NCBI GenBank assembly: GCA_965248265.1
Contig: CBDFJF010000001.1
Coordinates: 352,001-416,000, forward strand
DNA length: 64,000 bases
Direction of reading: 5' to 3'
From: Candidatus Latescibacterota bacterium
GTDB taxonomy: Bacteria > Latescibacterota > UBA2968 > UBA8231
Shown: positions 10,129 through 17,835 of the stretch, piece after piece
Numbering within the stretch: the first letter of the stretch is position 1
Layout of the letters: each line of letters starts with the position of its first letter
Position numbers and translations under genes: made by a program
Notes under the pieces: generated by a model
What the model saw: the letters and a program-made list of their open reading frames with translations, nothing else
Told to the model about the DNA's origin: nothing
Databases searched by the model: none

Positions 10129-11094
10129 TCACTCGTTAGCGAGTGGCTGTAGCGCCTCGGGAATCTTCCCCACGGCTTTCACGGCGATGCGTCCGTTGTC
10201 CGTGGCGAACGGTCGCACGTAGAACTTGGGCAATCCTCCCACGCGCAGGATGAGAGGTTCGGTTGTCTGCGTGTCGCAGCAGATGATATCATCGACCTGC
10301 AGGCTGTCTACGTCGGCCAGGGGCAAACGCTTGCGCGCCATCTCGACGGTGAGCGGCAGTTTCACGGGGCCCAATGCAGCGCGGCTGCGCCGAGTCGCCT
10401 CCTCCTGTTCGCGGCGCCCACGGCGCACGTGGGTCTGCTGGCCAAGGAGCGGCAGGATCGACTCCAGGGTGAGGTAGGGGTAGCAGAGGCTCACCAGTCC
10501 GGATGCAAGGGGCGAATTCACCTCGAAACCGAGCACGACGACAATCTCGGCGGCGGCGGTCGTGTCCATGAACTCCGGGTTCGTTTCCAGTTCGATATCT
10601 GAGATTTCCACCGGCAGGATCGGGTGCCAGGTGTGCTCCAGATTCTCCACCACGCGCTTGACGAACTTGGCGATCACACCCATCTCGATCTGTGACATCT
10701 GTCGCTCATCGACGCCCTCCGACGAACCCTTCCCTCCGAACACGCGGTCGACGGCGGAAAAAACGAAAGGCATGGAAAAATCGAGAATGGCCTGGCCATT
10801 CGTCGGACCGAGCATGAACTGATAGGAACAGGACGGGTTTGACAAGGAGGTGATGAAATCAGCGTAGGTTTTCTGGGCAATGAAGGCTGTGTCAACGTCG
10901 ACGACGTCACGCATGGACGCGGAAAACGTCGAACTCAGCTGCCGCGCGAAGTGGTCATGTAAATTCTCCAGGGTGCGTAACTGATCCGTGTTGACCTGGG
11001 CGGGGTGCCTGAAATCGTAGGTAGCAACGATCCCATGCGATTCAGTTTCTGTCGGTGTACCATCGGTCACTGCTGTATTTGGAGTGTCACTCAT
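10129..11094 (-). CDS. fliM: Flagellar motor switch protein FliM homolog lacking the N-terminal CheY-binding peptide
   Basis: YDFRHP, LENLHDHFAR, FGGKG (GGxG), ETNPEF and a C-terminal SpoA-like region. RBS GGAG precedes the ATG at 11094. Confidence 0.88.
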   Translation of the reverse strand: MSDTPNTAVTDGTPTETESHGIVATYDFRHPAQVNTDQLRTLENLHDHFARQLSSTFSASMRDVVDVDTAFIAQKTYADFITSLSNPSCSYQFMLGPTNGQAILDFSMPFVFSAVDRVFGGKGSSEGVDERQMSQIEMGVIAKFVKRVVENLEHTWHPILPVEISDIELETNPEFMDTTAAAEIVVVLGFEVNSPLASGLVSLCYPYLTLESILPLLGQQTHVRRGRREQEEATRRSRAALGPVKLPLTVEMARKRLPLADVDSLQVDDIICCDTQTTEPLILRVGGLPKFYVRPFATDNGRIAVKAVGKIPEALQPLANE

Positions 11095-12646
11095 GCCTTG
11101 CTCCTCCTGGCGTGGTTTCTGCAGCCGTCCTGTGCAAGTCCGCAGGGTCAACCTCGTTGCGCAACACCCGGTACAACCGGTTTCGGCTCGTTCCCAGCTG
11201 ACGCGCCGCCTTCGTCACGTTGCCATCGCTCTGCTGCATGGCCACGCCTACCACCCACTTCTCCGCGCACCGCACAGCCCGATCCAGGTCCAGCGGCAAG
11301 TCGGGAGCCCCCGGACTCCTGTCACCTGAATCTCCACCTTCGCCGTCCGTCGTCGCTCGCGGAACGCGCAAGAAGTGCAAGTGATGCGGCAGTACTTCAA
11401 CGCCCCCACTCTCGATCAAGGCGCGCTCCATGAGGTTTTTCAGCTCGCGCACGTTTCCCGGAAACCGATATCGTTGCAGAATTTCCACCGCATCCAAGCT
11501 GAGATCCGGTACCTCGCGCCCCATCTCTTCCGCGAACAGCTTGAGGAAGTGGCGCGCCAGAATCGGAATGTCCTCCGTGCGCTCTCGCAGCGGCGGTGAG
11601 GTGACCGTGAACCGCGCCAGCCGGTAGTACAGATCCTGCCGAAAGCTCTTCGCCTGGAGCCGCTGTTGCAGCTCGACGTTTGTCGCCGCCAGCACCCGCA
11701 CCGCCACCTTCTTCCCCTCGGTTGCTCCGATTCGCCACACAACGCCGTCCTCCAGAACCCGCAGTAGCTTGCTCTGCAGCTCCAGTGGCATGTCGGCGAT
11801 TTCGTCCAGAAACAGCGTGCCGCCGTCGGCGATCTCGAAGAATCCGAGCCGGTCGTCACTGGCACCTGTGAATGATCCCCGGTTATGTCCGAACAGGGCC
11901 GATTCGACAAGGTCCGCCGGAATGGCCGCGCAGTTTACGGGCACGAAGGGCCCATCCTGCCTTGCCCCACCGAAGTGGATGGCCCGTGCGATCAGCTCCT
12001 TGCCGGTTCCACTCTCACCAGTGATCAGCACCGAGGTCATCGGGCTGTCCTGCATCAGATGGATCTCTTTGAAGATTCTCTGGATGGTAGCGCTCTGTCC
12101 TACGAAATCCTCCAACCCCCAGCGTACAGCTTCGCGCTCGGAAATCATCGATAGACGTCCCTTGAGCGCCTTCCGCTGGACGATCTCAAGCTCCAGCTCT
12201 CGATTGGTCTCTGCGAGTGCCGCATTCTTCCTCTGCAGTTCCGTCGCCAGCCGGCTCAGTCGCACGTGCGTTTCGACTCGAGAGAGAACCTCCTCTTCCT
12301 GGAATGGCTTGGTGATGTAGTCGACCCCACCGGCCCTGAAACCGGCAATGACATCCTCTTTTCGGTCTCGGCCGGTCAGGAAGATGACGGGAATCCCGGC
12401 GGTCTCTTCAGTTTGCTTGAGCCGTCTGCACACTTCGTATCCATCCATCTCGGGCATGACCACATCCAGCAGTACGATGTCCGGCTGGCCCCGTACCGCT
12501 ATATGGAGAGCATTCTGTCCTCTGGTTGCTACCATTACGCTATTATTCGCTGCCTCGAGAAGCTCGAGGAGGACTTTGAGGTTCGTCGGATTGTCATCGA
12601 CAATGAGGATTCTCGCTCCCCGCGGAGTGGATTGTGGCTCAACCAT
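11087..12646 (-). CDS. NtrC-family sigma54-dependent response regulator (REC, coiled coil, AAA+, Fis-type HTH)
   Basis: ILIVDD...LLDVVMP...KPF, Walker A GESGTGKE, GSFTGA loop, LFLDEI, FPGNVREL, and HTH GNVTKAARQLG. Confidence 0.93.
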   Translation of the reverse strand: MVEPQSTPRGARILIVDDNPTNLKVLLELLEAANNSVMVATRGQNALHIAVRGQPDIVLLDVVMPEMDGYEVCRRLKQTEETAGIPVIFLTGRDRKEDVIAGFRAGGVDYITKPFQEEEVLSRVETHVRLSRLATELQRKNAALAETNRELELEIVQRKALKGRLSMISEREAVRWGLEDFVGQSATIQRIFKEIHLMQDSPMTSVLITGESGTGKELIARAIHFGGARQDGPFVPVNCAAIPADLVESALFGHNRGSFTGASDDRLGFFEIADGGTLFLDEIADMPLELQSKLLRVLEDGVVWRIGATEGKKVAVRVLAATNVELQQRLQAKSFRQDLYYRLARFTVTSPPLRERTEDIPILARHFLKLFAEEMGREVPDLSLDAVEILQRYRFPGNVRELKNLMERALIESGGVEVLPHHLHFLRVPRATTDGEGGDSGDRSPGAPDLPLDLDRAVRCAEKWVVGVAMQQSDGNVTKAARQLGTSRNRLYRVLRNEVDPADLHRTAAETTPGGARHE

Positions 12647-12659
12647 CTTTATCCTCCAA

Positions 12660-12675
12660 TGCAATGCCTGTACCA
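12660..12675 (-). promoter_or_regulatory. sigma54 -24/-12 promoter candidate for the ntrC-fliM-fliN operon
   Basis: Minus strand reads TGGTAC-AGGCA-TTGCA versus consensus TGGCAC-N5-TTGCW. Caveat: the implied start site is only a few nt from ATG 12646. Confidence 0.6.
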
Positions 12676-12774
12676 ACTCGACTGGATGCTGGCTTTATAT
12701 ATTGTATTTAATTGAGTTATGACATTTTAAAAGGAGTTCGTATGCCCACTGGAATCGTACCGAATTCGTAGCAG

Positions 12775-12816
12775 TGTAACAAAATCAGTACAGATGACTG
12801 TCACGCAATCGGAACA
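12775..12816. promoter_or_regulatory. Tandem enhancer-like (UAS) boxes TGT-N12-ACA
   Basis: TGTAACAAAATCAGTACA (12775-12792) and TGTCACGCAATCGGAACA (12799-12816), 100-140 bp upstream of the -24/-12 element, with an AT-rich tract (12694-12732) between. Confidence 0.55.
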
Positions 12817-12959
12817 AGGATTGGGGAGGTTAGCTCAAGCGCAAGCTATGGGCAAGGGCGTGCGGCGATCCCGGATAAGGAAGGAGGCCGCATAAGGTTG
12901 CATCGCGTTTGTGGTGCTTTTTACTGTCCGTCCGCAGTCGCTGTCTTCCTCAGGGCAAT

Positions 12960-13228
12960 GGACCGATTTATCGCAGCGCTTCGTTTGTTGCCCTTCGTAA
13001 CGAACCCTCTAACCCTTCCTCACGGGCAGGGTGTTTCTCGTCACAAACCGGGAGACTTCCAAAGTACAACGCCGGAAGCGACTGGCGTTCGATAGACGAC
13101 ACGCATGCAGGTGGGGCTGGCAAGATACCGTGGAATGGCAAGGGTCGGAACGGGAAGCGACGGGATATATATTTACCGCTTGCGCTTGGAACCAGGTGGC
13201 TTCCAGGAAACTACTGCTCCTAAAGTGA
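12960..13228 (+). pseudogene. Decayed T9SS type-A / FlgD-Ig-like C-terminal sorting domain remnant
   Basis: Colinear pieces across three frames: RNEPSNPS, KYNAG, PWNGKGRNG, GIYIYRLR, NQVASRKLLLLK-stop. Confidence 0.55.
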
Positions 13229-13343
13229 TAGGCGAGCATCAGATTGAGACAACGTGGGCTTGTAACAATACACAGCGTGCTGCCGTCGCGAGAACCCTGG
13301 CGGCAGAGGCAAAGGTCTTTGACTGGCTTTCGATAAACGGAAG

Positions 13344-14225
13344 GTGACTCAGATGCGCGACAAACGGCAAAACCCCTACGACGACCTCTGCGGCGGTCGC
13401 TGGCTGCGCGGGAATCTCCATAACCACCCTCGACCACTCGATAATCCCTCGTCGATTTGTACTCGCTATGCTCAGTTCGGGTATGGCTTCCTCGCTCTGA
13501 CCGAGCATGACCGCACCTGGACCCACGGAGAGATCGTCGAGTGGGACCGCTGCGGGATGGTGCTGTTGCCCGGGAACGAGGTGAGCAAGAATGGGTGCCA
13601 CATCCTCCACGTTGGAGCTAACTGCCATGTGGACCCGCTCGAGGATCGCCAAACCGTCATCGACCAGATCAACGCTGACGGCGGCTTTGCTGTACTGAAC
13701 CACCCCAACGGCGGCGTCCGCCATAGCCACAACCCTATTGAGCAGTTGGAGGCCCTGCAAGGATACCTTGGGATCGAGATCTACAACGCGGGTGGTATCA
13801 AGGGCAAGGGGTCACCGCTGGCCACGGACAAGTGGGACATGCTGCTCACCGCCGGCCGTCGCGTGTGGGGCTTTGCCAGCGACGATTACCACAGACCGGC
13901 GGACGCCGGCCGTGCCTGGATCGTCGGGTACGCCCGCGATCGCACTGTCGACGGGGTCATGGAGATGCTGCGGGCTGGACGCTTCTACTGCTCTACCGGG
14001 GTGACCATTGACGAAATCGAAGTGGACGGTCATTACATCCGTGTGCGAGCCACCAACGCCGGTCGCATCGCCGCCTGGCGCGAGGGCAGTGTGGGCGTTG
14101 CCGTCACCGATGGCAGCTCGCTGGAAGTCCACGTCCCGGACACGGCGTTGTACGTCCGTTTCGAGTGCTACGGCGACGCGGGACGCAGTGCCTGGACGCA
14201 GCCGATTTTCTTCGGCGAGGCGTGA
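13344..14225 (+). CDS. PHP-domain CehA/McbA-family metallohydrolase
   Basis: WLRGNLHNH, LALTEHD, GNE, LNHP, IEIYN, WGFASDDYH and AWTQP motifs. Confidence 0.85.
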   Translation: MTQMRDKRQNPYDDLCGGRWLRGNLHNHPRPLDNPSSICTRYAQFGYGFLALTEHDRTWTHGEIVEWDRCGMVLLPGNEVSKNGCHILHVGANCHVDPLEDRQTVIDQINADGGFAVLNHPNGGVRHSHNPIEQLEALQGYLGIEIYNAGGIKGKGSPLATDKWDMLLTAGRRVWGFASDDYHRPADAGRAWIVGYARDRTVDGVMEMLRAGRFYCSTGVTIDEIEVDGHYIRVRATNAGRIAAWREGSVGVAVTDGSSLEVHVPDTALYVRFECYGDAGRSAWTQPIFFGEA

Positions 14226-14906
14226 GCCACGGTCACTTCGGATACACGGGCAAGGGCTACGAACGTCACACTGAGCATCCGTTACCTCCTCCAACGTGGG
14301 TCGGTGATGGTTTGTTGGTTACAGCTGCAATGAGTGTTGACTGGTGTCCGCCCAACGCTCTCGCCGATAAACCACCACTGGCTTCCCGGCATCCACAGCA
14401 GAAGGTCGACTCCTTTTAACGAGGGTTATCGTGTGTCCAACTCGCTTGGTGGCGGTAGAATCATGATATTTCTCCCCACAGGAAACGTTATGGGAAAGCG
14501 TTTTAACAAACCAAAGTACGTGACGACGTTGCTTGCTTGTTTCGGGAAATTGATAGCTCATGGCCTCCACACCGAATCACCATAGGGCGATCAACACGAT
14601 AGTGCTCGCACTACTTGCTACAGGTGCTGGAAGTCTGCTTAATGCCTTCCTCCATCGGATCGAAACTGAAGATACCCTCCCCATTTGGCTCTCACTCGCG
14701 CCTGTATATCCGCTTCTCGTTGTTTCGCTGCACTTGGGCGTCCGAGCAAAGTTCCACCGCCCCAAGTTCTTTCATAAGGACACACCAGAGCGATTTGTGG
14801 TCCTTCACTCAGCGATCATGGCAGCCATCGGCGTGGCCGACAGACTCGAAGGAGCCCCCTCGAGGAACGCCGTGGAGGTAGGATCGCGCAATCAAGAAGG
14901 CCTTCC

Positions 14907-16145
14907 ATGAAGATCACGGACATCGAGCTGTTTCCGATACATCCTCCGCTGGCCAAGCGGTATCGCCACATCCCGAGCCGCAACGGATGCGAGTTCCGGA
15001 TCGCGGCCAAGGTCACAACCGACGCCGGCATCACCGGGTACGGCGACTACGACGGACCTCCGGGGAGGCACTTCTCCCCTGAATTACTCGATCCCCTCAT
15101 CGACACGGACCCCTTCGACTACATCGGGTCCGACGCACACCCGGCCGTCATCATGGCCCTCTACGACATCATGGGCAAGTACCTGGAGGTGCCGGCGTAC
15201 AAGCTGGTCGGCCAAAAGGTGAGGGACAGCATCTCCTGCGCGGCCTGGTGCTGGGGGGGGCCGACGAAGGAGGAGCTGGCGACGGACGTCCAGCGGGCGG
15301 CGGACGAAGGGTACATGATTTTCAAGATCCACACCGCTGCGATCCAGGACGTCTTCGAGAGAGTCCGGGTGTTCGAAGAGGTCGCCCCGCCGGGCTTCAA
15401 GGTCCACCTCGACTTCACGGGGCGCCGCGGCCGTTCCCTGGGCGCGGTGCTGCCCATCGTCGCCCGGCTGGAGCGCGAGCACCCGATCGTCGGCTGGATA
15501 GAGGACCCCTTCGACCGCACGGATATCGAGAGCTGGCGCGTCCTGCGCAGCCGGACGCAGCTGCCGATCGTCCACGGCGGGGCGGCCGTCCTCGGCGGCG
15601 CACTGGAAGCCCTGATGGGGATGGCGGACGTCTACATGATGTATCCGCCCATCGGCAGCCTGATCGCGATGACGACGGCGATGGGCCGCCTCAACATGCA
15701 GGTCCTCTTCCAGATGTGCGGCGGGACCCTCGCCAAGTCGATGGCCATGCACATCGCCTGCACCATGCCGACGGCTACCGGTCACTCCGTCCACCTGGAC
15801 GACCAGCTCGACGCCGAGGACGACATCACCCACAAGCGGTTCGAGGTGGTCGAGGGGTTCTCGCGGGTGTCGGAGGAGCCGGGCCTCGGCTTCGACGTCG
15901 ACGAGGAGCTTCTGTACAGATACCGCGACAACGTGCCCAGGGAGATCGCACCCTTCGTCGGTGTCGTCCGGTTCAGCGGCGGCCGCATCCTCCACAGCCA
16001 CGGGCAACCCGACCTGCCGCGCATCATGGGCCGGGAGGAGGGCACGGTGGAGGGCTACAGCTACGAGCAGTGGTTCGACGACGGCTCCGAGGAGTGGGCG
16101 AAGGCGTACGAGCGGACGGGGAAGGAGGGCTGGTACGTCGAGTAA
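14907..16145 (+). CDS. Mandelate racemase/muconate lactonizing enzyme family (enolase superfamily)
   Basis: MKITDIE start, ALYDIMGKYLEVPAYKLVG, FKIH, WIEDP and PGLGFDVDEE. Confidence 0.85.
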   Translation: MKITDIELFPIHPPLAKRYRHIPSRNGCEFRIAAKVTTDAGITGYGDYDGPPGRHFSPELLDPLIDTDPFDYIGSDAHPAVIMALYDIMGKYLEVPAYKLVGQKVRDSISCAAWCWGGPTKEELATDVQRAADEGYMIFKIHTAAIQDVFERVRVFEEVAPPGFKVHLDFTGRRGRSLGAVLPIVARLEREHPIVGWIEDPFDRTDIESWRVLRSRTQLPIVHGGAAVLGGALEALMGMADVYMMYPPIGSLIAMTTAMGRLNMQVLFQMCGGTLAKSMAMHIACTMPTATGHSVHLDDQLDAEDDITHKRFEVVEGFSRVSEEPGLGFDVDEELLYRYRDNVPREIAPFVGVVRFSGGRILHSHGQPDLPRIMGREEGTVEGYSYEQWFDDGSEEWAKAYERTGKEGWYVE

Positions 16146-16186
16146 GATCGATTCCGATTCATCGCGAGGGGGGGGGGAGGGAATCC

Positions 16187-16576
16187 ATGGCGGACAGGCA
16201 GTACCGCATCGAACACCTCACGCGGCGCGAGTTCCGCGAAGCCCATGACGCCGGCCACTTCAACGCCGCCATCGTCGCCACCGGCGCTGTCGAGCAGCAC
16301 CTGGAGCATCTGGCCATGGGCCACGACATCCACAGCAGCACCCGCATCGGGGAGATGGTGGCGGAGGGGCTCTACCCCGACGTGCTGCTGGCGGTGCCCA
16401 TCAACGTCGGCATCTCCGAGCACCACATGTTCGCTTCGGGCACCCTCACTGTGAAGCCGTCGACCTGGCTCGCCGCCGTCTTCGACACCGTCGAGACCCT
16501 GCAGCGGCACGGCATTCGCAAGGTGCTGATCCTCAACGCCCACGGCGGCAACCGCCTTCCTGGCAGTTGTCCTTAG
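16187..16576 (+). pseudogene. Truncated creatininase/creatinine amidohydrolase family gene
   Basis: GAVEQH..HL...D, GISEHH and LNAHGGN, then a stop 7 codons later coinciding with an abrupt GC drop. About half of the family length is missing. Confidence 0.8.
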
Positions 16577-16682
16577 CGTTGCCCGTTTTCTTCCATCTTC
16601 CCCTTGGTTCGAGTATGTTCCTGTTGCAGAACGTTAAGGTGTCTGCAAGCGGACTATGAATCCACAAGTGAGGAGGCGGCAG

Positions 16683-17237
16683 ATGAGACGCGTTTTCTGT
16701 CTTGTCGCTACCATGTGCGTTATCTCTTGCCACGGTGAGAATCCCGAGAGCGTACTCACTGTTGTTCAACACCACGAGCCGGATCGAGTCGTGGATACAA
16801 AGCTGGGCACCTTGACGTTTGCCGATCAATCTTGGGGCGTCCAACAGCACGTTGAGGACGATGGGCAGCCCTTGGAGATGTTCTACCGAGCCGAAGTGTC
16901 TTTTGAGCTTGCCGAGGAGGCGGAGGGACTTGAGGTGTGGGTTCCCTATAAGATCCATATGACTTATTCATCAAAGACGGCTCAGGAGGAAGGTATGTCT
17001 GCAACCAAGGGCTTCCATCCCCCGAGGGTGATCCTTACCCCCGATGCTGCTCCATGGACGGAAGCAAGAGCGACGATAGATTTTGCGAGGCCGGTTCATG
17101 ATCCTTTGGCGTACGCTAGGATGCTTGATTCTCTCTCGATCAACCGCGACCCCCTTTTGCTCCCAGCGGGTACGATGAAGCGAGCCTACGATTCTTTTCA
17201 AGAGACGTTCCAGCTCCATCTCCTCCGTCTGCAATGA
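16683..17237 (+). CDS. Hypothetical lipoprotein
   Basis: RBS GAGGAGG and signal peptide MRRVFCLVATMCVISC with a lipobox-like ISC. Confidence 0.6.
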   Translation: MRRVFCLVATMCVISCHGENPESVLTVVQHHEPDRVVDTKLGTLTFADQSWGVQQHVEDDGQPLEMFYRAEVSFELAEEAEGLEVWVPYKIHMTYSSKTAQEEGMSATKGFHPPRVILTPDAAPWTEARATIDFARPVHDPLAYARMLDSLSINRDPLLLPAGTMKRAYDSFQETFQLHLLRLQ

Positions 17238-17835
17238 ACCGCTGCACGCAATCGTCCCTCGGGTAAATGCCCTGCGCATTGCCGTACAGCAGGATCTCCT
17301 CACACCGCTGGACATCGGCCTCCGGGCCTCCGGTGACCAAGCCGTACCCGCTGGCGTGCTATGCTCCTCATTAAGGGACATCCTGGCACTGCCATACTAT
17401 CTCCTTTCAGTTATCACGCCTCTGCGGTAAACTCGTTCTAACCGGCAATTATCGGGAGTCTCCGCATTTCAGATTTCTATGGCAGCGCTCGAAACCTTGG
17501 GGCGTTTCTCTCAGTCTCAGCGTGAACACCGGTAATCGTCCTCATTATCCGTGGGGCACGACCCACGCCAGAGCACTACGCTCAGCTGCTCACCTCGATA
17601 CCTGCTGTCGGGCTGAGTAGGCGACTGTGGACGAGCTTCCCGAGCCCAATATATGGCGTAGTCATGGATGGATGGCACGATAGGTTGTGTGATCCTCCAG
17701 AGGTCTGTCCAAGGTCATCCTTGTCGGGATGAACGAGCTTGATGGAACAGTCACATCGGCGGTCACGTTGTGGGCCTGCCTACACGTTACCGGATCCTGA
17801 GGAGGAAGTACTCACCAGACAGCGAGGACCGAGGG

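Noticed and set aside
5620-12646. Ordinary flagellar fliGMN operon
   Set aside because: FliG lacks its torque domain, FliM lacks the CheY peptide, and no structural flagellar genes flank the cluster.
14560-14910. 116-aa ORF with two hydrophobic stretches
   Set aside because: No clear RBS or family motif, and it spans a compositional junction.
15248-16186. N-terminal part of the 442-aa ORF 15248-16576
   Set aside because: It is an alternative frame over the enolase-family gene; the real coding part starts at ATG 16187.
17240-17830. Hidden gene or amidohydrolase remnant in a 600-bp gap
   Set aside because: Only a faint ILLYGNA..IY resemblance; no coherent frame.
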